From Chrysiogenia bacterium (lineage in GTDB: Bacteria; Acidobacteriota; Aminicenantia; UBA2199): a DNA stretch of 64,000 bases. Positions within the stretch are counted from its first letter, which is position 1, and each line of letters starts with the position of its first letter. The notes under the pieces were generated by a model. The model saw nothing but the letters and a program-made list of their open reading frames with translations. It was not told the origin of the DNA and made no database searches. Shown here one piece after another: positions 40,529 to 49,541 of this stretch. The stretch lies in NCBI GenBank assembly GCA_043826505.1, contig JBDRQC010000004.1, positions 524,974 through 588,973 of the forward strand, in the 5' to 3' direction. Position numbers and translations under genes: made by a program.

Positions 40529-40765
40529 GTGTTAATCTCCTTTTTCTCTCAATTAACCTTTTTTATGCTTGTTCGGATTATTTTTCAAGTGCTGGATTGA
40601 ATTCATTTTACAAGCTCCCGCCGGTGGCCTTTGTGAGCTTTTTCAGGGGAGGACGAATTCTCTCATTATCCATGCGGCGAATAAGAGAAAAGTATAAATA
40701 CTAAAAACAAAACAAGCAATAGGGAAAAATGTAGTATTGGGGATCTCGAATCACAGCGACTAGAG

Positions 40766-40793
40766 TTCAGTGTTAGTGATAGTGTTAGTGTTA
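40766..40793. repeat. tandem 7-bp heptad repeat (AGTGWTA/AGTGTTA)
   Basis: CAGTGTTAGTGATAGTGTTAGTGTTAGC; related copies at 42202-42229, 60214-60231, 62374-62391 and inverted GCGTGAC-type at 41215-41230, 60396-60416. Confidence 0.6.
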
Positions 40794-40820
40794 GCAGAAA
40801 AAGGCAATCTCTTTATGTAG

Positions 40821-40848
40821 GGGAGGGTCTGTGACCCTCCCGCATTTT
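40821..40848 (+). terminator. intrinsic-terminator-like hairpin
   Basis: GGAGGGTC-TGT-GACCCTCC perfect 8-bp stem followed by CGCATTTTT; no obvious upstream plus-strand gene, so function is uncertain (possible sRNA 3' end). Confidence 0.3.
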
Positions 40849-41039
40849 TCCATTTAAGGAGATTAAAATCCCTTTGGGGTGCAACCCTCCCGCATGATCA
40901 CCAATATCCGTAGGATTTTGATTCATCAAACCCTGCGAGAACCCGCATTCCGCCACAATCCGCAGGGGCGATCCGGCCGCACAAATCATCCGCCGACCTT
41001 GGCGGATCTGATTTGTCCGTCCCCGCAGGGGGCGGGTCG

Positions 41040-41215
41040 CCCTGCTTAAATTCCAAATACCAAGCACCAAATAACAAATAAGCACCAAAATCCAATAACC
41101 GAATGACCCAAACAAAGAAAGAAAAGGCAAAAGGGCTTTTGTTTCGAACATTGGAATTTGGAACTTGGATTTTGTTTGTTATTTGTAATTTGTGATTTGG
41201 AATTTCATTCTTCCT
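41040..41215. repeat. AT-rich imperfect palindrome built from CCAAAT/ATTTGG units; a second copy at about 60240-60395
   Basis: 41044-41130 is close to the reverse complement of 41135-41215; the same unit arrangement (TTGGAATTTGG...GGTGCTTATTT) recurs near 60300-60380. Confidence 0.55.
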
Positions 41216-41347
41216 CGTCACGCGTCACGCCAGGGCGGCCGTCCGCCAGGCGAAGCGCCGGCGGATCACCTCTACGCATGCCGTGTTTCTCTTTTTTCTT
41301 CAACCTCGAACCTCGAACTTCGAACATCGAACCCTCTTCCCCGTCTA

Positions 41348-41376
41348 TTGACTTGCCGCGCCTACTCTGCTAAATT
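41348..41376 (+). promoter_or_regulatory. sigma70-like promoter for the NYN gene
   Basis: TTGACT (41348-41353), 17-nt spacer, TAAATT (41371-41376); GGGGGAG RBS before ATG 41400. Confidence 0.45.
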
Positions 41377-41399
41377 GAATATGACCTCAGGGGGAGAAC

Positions 41400-42185
41400 A
41401 TGCCCGAAACCATCATGGAAAGCAAAGACTATAAAATGGCCGTGCTCATCGACGGCGACAACGCCCAGGCCTCGCTGCTGGCCAAGATGCTGGCCGAGGT
41501 CGGCAAGCACGGCTCGGTGACCATCCGCCGCATCTACGGCGACTGGACCACCTCCAACATGCACTCCTGGAAGGACGCCCTGCACAACTTCGCCGTGCAG
41601 CCCATCCAGCAGTTCCGCTACACCGTGGGCAAGAACGCCACCGACAGCGCCCTGATCATCGACGCCATGGACATCATGCACCGCAAGCTGGTCGAGGGTT
41701 TCTGCATCATCTCCTCGGACAGCGACTACACGCGCCTGGCCACGCGCATCCGCGAGGAGGGCTTCTTCGTCATGGGCATCGGCCAGAAGAAGACCCCCAA
41801 GTCGTTCGTCAACGGCTGCGACCTGTTCATCTACACCGAGAACCTCTCGCCGCGTCGCGAAAGCAAGCCGCGCCCGGAGCAGGGCCGCGGCCGCGGCGCC
41901 GGTAAGAAGGAAGAAGCGCAGCAGCCGCAACAGCCGCAGCCCCTCTACGCCGGCACCGACCCCATGCCGCTGCTGCGCGAGGCCTACGAGATGGTGGTGC
42001 AGGAGAACGGCTGGGCCAACCTGGGCCCCATGGGCAAGGCGCTGCTGCAGCTCGACCCCGGCTTCGACCCGCGCAGCTTCGGCCAGCGCCAGCTTTCATC
42101 GCTGATCAAATCGCTCCCCGATTTCGAGATCCGCCGCAGCGACGACCACTCGTCCACCGGCGTCTGGGTGCGCCTGAAAGAATAG
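41400..42185 (+). CDS. NYN (LabA-like) nuclease domain protein with C-terminal OST-HTH/LOTUS domain
   Basis: MAVLIDGDNA...IRRIYGDW...FCIISSDSDYTRLA (NYN); C-terminal LOTUS-like YEMVVQENGWANLGPMGKALLQLDPGFDPRSFG. Confidence 0.75.
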   Translation: MPETIMESKDYKMAVLIDGDNAQASLLAKMLAEVGKHGSVTIRRIYGDWTTSNMHSWKDALHNFAVQPIQQFRYTVGKNATDSALIIDAMDIMHRKLVEGFCIISSDSDYTRLATRIREEGFFVMGIGQKKTPKSFVNGCDLFIYTENLSPRRESKPRPEQGRGRGAGKKEEAQQPQQPQPLYAGTDPMPLLREAYEMVVQENGWANLGPMGKALLQLDPGFDPRSFGQRQLSSLIKSLPDFEIRRSDDHSSTGVWVRLKE

Positions 42186-42348
42186 TCAATCAACGACATA
42201 TCAGTGATAGTGATAGTGTTAGTGTTGGCAAGAGAAATAGCTGAAATCTGAATAGTTCATCATTTTGCGGCTGCCAACACCAATATTAACACTTTCCTGG
42301 CAACGCAAGAAAATCCTTCCCCGATTGTCTAACAACATGAGGATAAAC

Positions 42349-42711
42349 ATGAAAAAACCGATAATACTGCTGCTGGCGATCTTGCTGGCGGGAGCGGCCG
42401 CGAGCTTGTTCCCCTGCGACATCACCATGGAGACCCAGCCGGCTGCCGCCGGCGCAAAAAATAAGATCAAGGTAAGATTGACCGTCGAGTGTTTTCACCG
42501 GCGCTGCCCCGTGAACATTGAAGAAACCAAGCTGGCCGCCAAGGACCTGGTCATCGAAAAGCGGGGCCAGTGGAAAAAAACGGGAGAGGGCATCTATCAA
42601 ATGGACCTCATGGTCTCGCTGAAGGGAAAGGAGAAGGGGGCGATCACGGTGCGCCGGGAGTGTCCGAAAACGGGCCATCAGGAGGAAATCCTGGAGATCG
42701 CGCCGCTCTGA
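42349..42711 (+). CDS. small secreted/lipoprotein-like hypothetical protein
   Basis: Start MKKPIILLLAILLAGAAASLFPC (signal peptide, GAGG-type RBS upstream) within ORF 42265..42711. Confidence 0.55.
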   Translation: MKKPIILLLAILLAGAAASLFPCDITMETQPAAAGAKNKIKVRLTVECFHRRCPVNIEETKLAAKDLVIEKRGQWKKTGEGIYQMDLMVSLKGKEKGAITVRRECPKTGHQEEILEIAPL

Positions 42712-42735
42712 TCCCCGGAACGGGAGCGGCTGCAC

Positions 42736-45700
42736 TTAAAGGAACAGCCGCGCCAGGTTGGCGCCCAGGGCCATGAATCCGTCCAGCGAATAAAACTCCA
42801 ATTCGATATGGCGGCCATCCGTCACTTCCAGGCCGGGGATGGCCGGGAGCCCGGCTCCGGCATTCGCCAGTTCGCGGCCCAGTTCAACCTGCACCCGCTC
42901 GGCGAACACCTCGGCCTTTTCCCAGCCGAAACGGCGGGCGAAAAGCTTGACGGCGCCGACATAGAAGATCTTTTCCATGCCGGCGGGCATGTGGCCGTAG
43001 CGGTCGCGCAGCTCGGCGCGCAGGGCCTCCAGCTCGGCCGGCTCGCGGCTCTCCAGGATGCGGCGGTAGGCGCGGATGCGCTCCGAAGTGTTGGCGATGT
43101 ATTCCTCGCTAATGGCGTAGGGGAAGTGGACGCGCAGGGCCAGAGCTCTTTCCTCTTCGACCTCGCCCTTGAACTCGCGGATGGCCTGCTGCAGCAGCTC
43201 CAGGAAATAATCGTAGCCCAGGGCCTCGACGTGGCCGTGCTGGCGGTTGCCCAGCAGCGCCCCGGCGCCGCGCAGGCTGAGGTCGAACTCGGCCAGCCTG
43301 AAACCCGAGCCCAGCTCGGAAAATTCGCGGATGGCATCCAGCCTTTTTTTGGCCTTTTCGCTCATTTCCCCCTTCTTCGGGTCGATGAGGAAATATGCGG
43401 TGGCCTGGCGGCTGCTGCGGCCGATGCGGCCGCGCAGCTGGTACATCTGGGTCAGACCCAGGCGGTCGGCGTTCATCACGATCAGGGTGTTCACCTTGGG
43501 GATGTCGATGCCGTTCTCGATGATGGTGGTCGAAAGCAGGACGCGGAAGCGGCCGGCGATGAAGTCCATGATATTTTTCTCGATCGTCGCCGTGGCCATC
43601 TGGGCGTGGACCACGCCGATGGCCACATCGGGAAGCCAGGCGGCCAGCTGGTCGCGGAAATGAAAGATGCGCTCGATGTCGTTGAAGACCACGAACACGG
43701 CGCCATCGCGCTCGATCTCGTTCAGCACGGCCGAGACCACCACCTGGCGGGAAAAATAACCCACGAAGTTCCTGACGGCCAGGCGGCCCAGGGGCGGCGT
43801 CTGGATCAGCGAAATGTCCTGCAGCCCGGACAGGGCCATGGACAGGGTGCGCGGGATGGGCGTGGCCGAAAGGGTCAGGACATCGACGTCCTCGCGCCCC
43901 TTTTTCAGTTTTTCTTTTTGAAAGACGCCGAAGCGCTGCTCCTCGTCGACGATGAACAGCCCCAGGTTCCTGAATTCCACCCCCTTGGCCAGCAGGGCAT
44001 GGGTGCCCACCACCAGGTCGACGCTGCCGTTTTTCAGGGCGGCGACGACGCGTTTCTTTTCTGCCGCCGGCACCAGGCGCGACAGCATGCCCAGGCGCAG
44101 CGGGAAGGCGGCCAGGCGCAGTTCAAAGTTTTTGAAATGCTGCAGGGCCAGGATGGTGGTCGGGCACAGGAAAGCGACCTGCTTGCCGTTGGCCATGGCG
44201 CGCAGGGCGGCGCGCAAAGCCACCTCGGTCTTGCCGAAGCTGACGTCGCCGCAGATCAGGCGGTCCATGGGAAAATCGGCTTCCAGATCGGCGAGCACCC
44301 TGCGGATGGCCTGCTTCTGGTCCTCGGTCTCGACGAAGCGGAAATCCTGCTGCAGCTTGTCCTCCAGCTCGGGAACGGCGGCCAGGGCCATTTTGCGGAT
44401 GGATTTGCGCATGGCATAGAGGTTGAGCAGGTCGCGCGTGTAGTGGATAATGGCTTTTTTGGCGCGCTCGGTCTTGAGCCGCCAGGTCCTGCCGCCCAGG
44501 CGGTCGGGGCTGGGCACGCCGCCCTCGCTGCCGCTGTAGCGCTTGAGCACGTCGAGATCGTGCAGCGGCACGTAGAGGAATTCGCGGTTCACGTACTCGA
44601 TCTTGAGGAACTCGGCCGACAAGCCCTCGAAGTGCAGGCGCTTGAAGCCAAAAAATTTGCCGATGCCGTGCTGGCGGTGCACCACCCAGTCACCCACCTC
44701 CATATCCTGCAGCCACTCTTCGGCCGGGATCTCGCGCACCCGGGCCTGCCTGTCACTGTATTGAAAGCTGCGCCCGCTTACGACAACCAGGCGCAGGAGG
44801 GGATTTTCGAAGGAGCAGGGAATATTGAAAAAATGACATTCCAGCCCGGGCAATTGGGCGCGCAGGTTGTCCAGCAGGCGCTTGTCGGCGCTGCAGGCCA
44901 GCAGGCGGAACCCCGAGGCCGCTTTTCGGCGCAAATTCTCCAGGTCGGCGCTGTCCATGGTTACAATGGTTTTGGGCCAGACGCTGATTTCCGCAGCAGC
45001 GGCCGGGTCGGCGGAAAAATCGACCAGATCGATCAGCTTCTTGCCATGGTAGGGGAAAGCGAAGATGGCGTCGACTTCGGGCGCCGCGGCCTGACCTACG
45101 GCCACCGCAGCGCGGATGCGGCGGAAGTTCTCCAGCAATTTCCGGAATTCGCTCTCGATTTTACTGAAATTCGAAGCCAGCAGCCGGCTGGACGGCAGCA
45201 GCGCCGTCAGGTAAGCGGTTTGCTTCGGGTCGGGGCCCGGGGCGGCGGCCTGATCAGGGAAATAACGGTTCTCGGTAATTTTGACGCCGGCAATCGTGCC
45301 GGTGGAGCGCTGCGAATCCAGGTCGAAAGAGCGCAGCGAGACCAGGCGCCGGCCTTCGAATTCCAGGCGCATCGGGGCGGTGCCGGCCACGGGAAAGACA
45401 TCGACCACGTTGCCGCGCCAGGAGAGATCGCCGCCGATCTCCACAGCGCCGCGCGCCCGGTAGCCCAGGCCGGTCAGTTTTTCGATGAGCTCATTGCGCT
45501 CCCACAGGTCGCCGCTTTTGATCTCCAGGGCGCTCCCGGCCGCTCCCGGCTTTTCCAGGCCGATGGAAAGCGCCGCCAGCGTTGACAGCACGATCATTTT
45601 TTTGCCGGCGGCCAGGTCGGCCTGCAGCCTCTGCTTGGCCGCGATCTGGCGCACGTCGGCGTTCCTGTTTATATAGGGGTCCTCGAAGGGCAGGGTGTGG

Positions 45701-45936
45701 ATGTGGACGGCTGTGTTTTCGCAGCCTAAAAATTTCAGCCACTGGCCGATCTTTGCCTTTTTTTCCGCCAGCGGCTCGTTTTCACCGTTCAGCCAGATGA
45801 CACTTTCGCCGTCATGGGAAAAAATCGCGGCCACGGCCAGTTCATGGGCGCCGCGGTCCACGGCGGCTATTTCGATGCGGCGCCGGCGGCCGCCGAGCTT
45901 ATCCCAAAAGGCAGGGCTGAAAACCGTTTGCGTCAT
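42736..45936 (-). CDS. mfd: transcription-repair coupling factor
   Basis: UvrB-homology N-term, RNAP-interacting domain, SF2 helicase motifs (GDVSFGKTEVAL, DEEQRFGV), TRCF C-terminal domain; probable start MTQTVFSP. Confidence 0.9.
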   Translation of the reverse strand: MTQTVFSPAFWDKLGGRRRRIEIAAVDRGAHELAVAAIFSHDGESVIWLNGENEPLAEKKAKIGQWLKFLGCENTAVHIHTLPFEDPYINRNADVRQIAAKQRLQADLAAGKKMIVLSTLAALSIGLEKPGAAGSALEIKSGDLWERNELIEKLTGLGYRARGAVEIGGDLSWRGNVVDVFPVAGTAPMRLEFEGRRLVSLRSFDLDSQRSTGTIAGVKITENRYFPDQAAAPGPDPKQTAYLTALLPSSRLLASNFSKIESEFRKLLENFRRIRAAVAVGQAAAPEVDAIFAFPYHGKKLIDLVDFSADPAAAAEISVWPKTIVTMDSADLENLRRKAASGFRLLACSADKRLLDNLRAQLPGLECHFFNIPCSFENPLLRLVVVSGRSFQYSDRQARVREIPAEEWLQDMEVGDWVVHRQHGIGKFFGFKRLHFEGLSAEFLKIEYVNREFLYVPLHDLDVLKRYSGSEGGVPSPDRLGGRTWRLKTERAKKAIIHYTRDLLNLYAMRKSIRKMALAAVPELEDKLQQDFRFVETEDQKQAIRRVLADLEADFPMDRLICGDVSFGKTEVALRAALRAMANGKQVAFLCPTTILALQHFKNFELRLAAFPLRLGMLSRLVPAAEKKRVVAALKNGSVDLVVGTHALLAKGVEFRNLGLFIVDEEQRFGVFQKEKLKKGREDVDVLTLSATPIPRTLSMALSGLQDISLIQTPPLGRLAVRNFVGYFSRQVVVSAVLNEIERDGAVFVVFNDIERIFHFRDQLAAWLPDVAIGVVHAQMATATIEKNIMDFIAGRFRVLLSTTIIENGIDIPKVNTLIVMNADRLGLTQMYQLRGRIGRSSRQATAYFLIDPKKGEMSEKAKKRLDAIREFSELGSGFRLAEFDLSLRGAGALLGNRQHGHVEALGYDYFLELLQQAIREFKGEVEEERALALRVHFPYAISEEYIANTSERIRAYRRILESREPAELEALRAELRDRYGHMPAGMEKIFYVGAVKLFARRFGWEKAEVFAERVQVELGRELANAGAGLPAIPGLEVTDGRHIELEFYSLDGFMALGANLARLFL

Positions 45937-46245
45937 GAGTATTATTATATCACCAACTGTGTTAAAGACCATTGCCTACATGGCAGTATTTCCATCATTG
46001 CCGCGATGGGTTCAGCAAAAGCGAACGAAACACAGGGACTGGGCACCGACCCAGCGAGCGCTGATGGCCGCAGGCAAAATGGCCGCTGTTTGAGTTCCGG
46101 CCTGGCCGGAACGAGTTGGCCATTTTAATCAGCGGCGAGATGAGGTCGGTCAGTCCCGGAGTGGTGAGCGTTGCGGAACCATCACGGCGGGATCGCGATG
46201 CGTAAACGCATTGACTTCCCCGGCCGGAACCGCTAAGATTGAGCC

Positions 46246-47721
46246 ATGATGAAGCGGCTGCAGATCGCTTTTCCCCAGAAGGAATTTTTCGTCTCCATCT
46301 TCAAGGACGCCGTCTACGTCGTGGGCGGCACTGTGCGCGATGCGCTCCTTTACAAAAAAACCGCCCCGCGGCAGGATATCGACCTGTTGGTCACCGGCCT
46401 CAGCTACGACGAGATAGCCGCCCGGCTTGAGACCTTCGGCAAAACCGACACCGTGGGCAAGAGCTTCGCAGTGCTCAAGTTCAGCCGCCGGGGAAAAACC
46501 TTCGATATCGCCGTGCCCCGCCGCGATAAAAAGAAGGACGCCGCCGGACACTCCCACAAAAATTTCGCCATTCAGTCCGGCCCGCAGGTCAGCCTGGAAG
46601 AGGACCTGGGCCGGCGCGACTTCACCTGCAATTCCCTGGCCGTGCGCCTGGCCGACGGCGCGGTCGTCGATCCGCACCAGGGGCTGCAGGCCATCGCCGC
46701 CAAGCGCATCATCATGACCAGCCCGGCCAGTTTCAGCGACGACCCGCTGCGCGTCTTGCGCGCCGCCCGTTTCGCCTCAACGCACGGTTTTGCCGTCGAT
46801 AAAGCCATCTACGCCAAGGCCAGGAAAGTAACCCTTGCCGAGCTCAGCGCCGAGCGCGTCGCCGACGAACTTTTCCGGCTGCTGCTCGAATCATCCCGCC
46901 CCTCGGCGGGACTGCAGGAATACTTTCGCCTGACCGTACTGGAGAAACTGTTCCCGGAACTCAGCGCCCTGGCCCTGACCATCCAGGACGCCCATTTCCA
47001 TCCGGAAAAAGACGAACAGGGGCACCATTCGGTCTGGGCCCATACCCTGATCACCGTGGACATAGTCAAAAAGCTGGCCGGGCAATTCCGCCTTGATGAG
47101 GAACGCTCACTGGCCCTGCTGCTGGCCGCCTTGCTGCACGACTGCGGCAAGGCCGCCACCACCACCTGGGAATTCAAACGCGGACGCATGACCGTGACCT
47201 CCGCTTTTCACGATTCCCGGGGCGTCAAACTGGCCGAAGGATTCCTGGACCGCCTGCGCATTGACAGCCGGCAGAATTTTTCATTGAAAAAAACGGTGCT
47301 CAAGATGGTACAGCAGCACCACCGCATTTTTGATCTGTACCGCAACCGCGAAGAGATCACCTTCAAGGCCGTGGCCCGCGCCGTCAAGGACATGGACGGC
47401 GAAGACCTGCTGCTGCTGTTGCTTGATTTCGCCGACCGCCGCTCGCGCGAAGCAGCGGCGCTTGATTTCAGCGAACTGGACGAGATCGCCCTCTGGTTCA
47501 GCGCCAAAAAAGAAGAATTCCGCATCAGCCGCGATACCATCCGGCCGCTCATTCAGGGCCGCGACCTGCTCGCCCTGGGCGTTCCTGCCGGCCGGCAGAT
47601 GGGCCTGCATTTAAAAAAACTCTATGACCTGCAGCTGGACGGCGCTTTCCATGACCGGGAGCAGGGTCTGGAAATATTCAAGCAAACGCAGAAAAAAAAA
47701 CCGGCGCGCCAAAAAAAATGA
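46246..47721 (+). CDS. cca: CCA-adding tRNA nucleotidyltransferase/poly(A) polymerase family protein with HD domain
   Basis: GGTVRDALL...DIDLLV head domain, RDFTCN; HD motif HSVWAHTL...LLHDCGK. Confidence 0.8.
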   Translation: MMKRLQIAFPQKEFFVSIFKDAVYVVGGTVRDALLYKKTAPRQDIDLLVTGLSYDEIAARLETFGKTDTVGKSFAVLKFSRRGKTFDIAVPRRDKKKDAAGHSHKNFAIQSGPQVSLEEDLGRRDFTCNSLAVRLADGAVVDPHQGLQAIAAKRIIMTSPASFSDDPLRVLRAARFASTHGFAVDKAIYAKARKVTLAELSAERVADELFRLLLESSRPSAGLQEYFRLTVLEKLFPELSALALTIQDAHFHPEKDEQGHHSVWAHTLITVDIVKKLAGQFRLDEERSLALLLAALLHDCGKAATTTWEFKRGRMTVTSAFHDSRGVKLAEGFLDRLRIDSRQNFSLKKTVLKMVQQHHRIFDLYRNREEITFKAVARAVKDMDGEDLLLLLLDFADRRSREAAALDFSELDEIALWFSAKKEEFRISRDTIRPLIQGRDLLALGVPAGRQMGLHLKKLYDLQLDGAFHDREQGLEIFKQTQKKKPARQKK

Positions 47722-48548
47722 AATTATATCTGCGCAACGGCTTTCTCGAAAAATGCGAACCCCTGGTCATGGGCATCCTCAACGTCACCCCCGATTCCTT
47801 TTCCGACGCCGGCCGCTTTTTCAGTGCGAACGATGCGTTGGCGCACGCCCGGGAAATGGTTGCCGCCGGCGCCGCCATCATCGATGTCGGGGGTGAAAGC
47901 ACCCGGCCCGGGGCTGCGCGCATCGGACTGAATGAAGAGATCGACCGCGTGCTGCCGGTCATCGCCGGGATCAAGGAGGAGACCGGCGTTCTGGTCTCCA
48001 TCGACACCAGCAAGGAAGAAGTGGCGCGACTGGCGGTGGATGAGGGCGGCGCCGACCTGGTCAACGACATCTCGGCCTTCAGCTTCAGCGAGCGCATGGC
48101 CACGGTCGTGGCCGAACTGAACGTGCCGGTTATATTGATGCACATCAAGGGCACTCCGGAGAGCATGCAGCGCGACCCCAGCTACGTCGACGTTGTCGCC
48201 GAGATCAGGAACTACTTCCAGGAAAAGATAGACTACGCCCTGAGCCACGGCATCAAGAAGGAAAAGATCATCCTCGATCCCGGCATCGGTTTCGGCAAGC
48301 GGCTGGAAGACAATATCGCCATCATCCGCAACCTCAGGCAGTTTGCCGCCTTCGACCTGCCGATCCTGATCGGGATTTCCCGCAAGTCCTTTCTCGGACT
48401 GCTGGCCGGCGAGAAGGTCCCGGAAAAGAGGGAAGCCGAAACCCTGGCGGCCAACCTTCTGGCAGTGCGCAACGGCGCGGCCATCCTCCGCGTCCACGAC
48501 GTGGCCAATACGGTCAAGGCCCTGAAGGTCTGGCAGAGCCTGGCCTGA
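47718..48548 (+). CDS. folP: dihydropteroate synthase
   Basis: VMGILNVTPDSFSDAG...IIDVGGESTRPGA...DPGIGFGK pterin-binding motifs; overlaps cca stop by 4 nt. Confidence 0.9.
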   Translation: MKLYLRNGFLEKCEPLVMGILNVTPDSFSDAGRFFSANDALAHAREMVAAGAAIIDVGGESTRPGAARIGLNEEIDRVLPVIAGIKEETGVLVSIDTSKEEVARLAVDEGGADLVNDISAFSFSERMATVVAELNVPVILMHIKGTPESMQRDPSYVDVVAEIRNYFQEKIDYALSHGIKKEKIILDPGIGFGKRLEDNIAIIRNLRQFAAFDLPILIGISRKSFLGLLAGEKVPEKREAETLAANLLAVRNGAAILRVHDVANTVKALKVWQSLA

Positions 48549-48629
48549 AAAAGTTCTCGCGGACCGCAGTATTGTTGTATAATAACTTTAATAAAGCGCG
48601 CCGCACCTGACGCGCCTTGAGGAGGCGGT

Positions 48630-49505
48630 ATGAAACGGGTCAAGCTTATTATTATGTTCATCCTTGCCGGCCTGGCGCTGCAGTCCGGTCTGGCGGCCCC
48701 GGCACTCCCGCTGCCGTCCCTCTTCCCCGAACTGCCCGGGTGGCAAAAGCAGGGAAAAGCCGAGACCTTCCTGCCCGAAACCCTTTACGAGCACATTAAC
48801 GGCGCCGCCGAGAATTTCCTGGGCTACGATTTCGAGCAATTGGCCGTGCAGAATTACGAGAATGGCCAGAAACAAACCATGATCGCCGAGATCTATTTCC
48901 ACGGCCGGCCGGAAAACGCCTTCGGGATCTACAGTTCCGAAAAACCGCTGGCCGGAGATTATTTCCCCATTGGCAGCCAGGGTTATGCCGAGGAGGGCGT
49001 GCTGAATTTTTTTTGCGATGCCTATTATATCAAGCTGAACAGCTTCGATCTCGGCCGGCAGGGCAAGGCCGTTCTGACGGCCCTTGCCGAAAACATCGCC
49101 GCCGCCATCGGCGGCAAAAATGTTCTGCCGGAAATGCTTGCCGCCTTCCCGGCTTCGGGAAAAATCCCCCATGGCGAACGCTACATCCTGCATAATTTCC
49201 TGGGGCACGATTTTCTCCATTCGGCTTTCACAGCCGACTACGAACAGCAGGGAGTGAAATTCCAGTTGTTCATCATCCGGGCCGGCAGCGAGGAGAACGC
49301 CGCTGCCCTGCTGCAAAAATACGCCGCCCTGGACAAAAAGAACCCGGCCCCGGTCGTCAAGCCCGGCCTCCTGACTATAAACGACCCCTACAACGGGCCC
49401 ATTCGCCTTTCCTGGCGCGGGGAATTGATCTGGGGAATGGCCGGACCGACGGCAGCGGCAGACGCCCTGCTCGAAAGCATGGCTGAAAAATTAGCAAAGC
49501 AATGA
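48630..49505 (+). CDS. hypothetical secreted protein
   Basis: Signal peptide MKRVKLIIMFILAGLALQSGLA; no motif recognised. Confidence 0.5.
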   Translation: MKRVKLIIMFILAGLALQSGLAAPALPLPSLFPELPGWQKQGKAETFLPETLYEHINGAAENFLGYDFEQLAVQNYENGQKQTMIAEIYFHGRPENAFGIYSSEKPLAGDYFPIGSQGYAEEGVLNFFCDAYYIKLNSFDLGRQGKAVLTALAENIAAAIGGKNVLPEMLAAFPASGKIPHGERYILHNFLGHDFLHSAFTADYEQQGVKFQLFIIRAGSEENAAALLQKYAALDKKNPAPVVKPGLLTINDPYNGPIRLSWRGELIWGMAGPTAAADALLESMAEKLAKQ

Positions 49506-49541
49506 AGACCCGCTGAAAAAATCGCGGCAGCGGCAGGAACT

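Noticed and set aside
23200-40700. Canonical integron with intI and attC core sites
   Set aside because: No ORF in the window shows tyrosine-recombinase boxes (R..HxxR..Y). The spacer repeats do not contain recognisable RYYYAAC/GTTRRRY cores. So I only propose a non-canonical or CALIN-like array, not a classical integron.
40700-41400. CRISPR array in the repeat-rich spacer
   Set aside because: Repeats are irregular (7-bp heptads, AT-rich palindromes of varying length) without constant-length direct repeats and spacers; no cas genes nearby.
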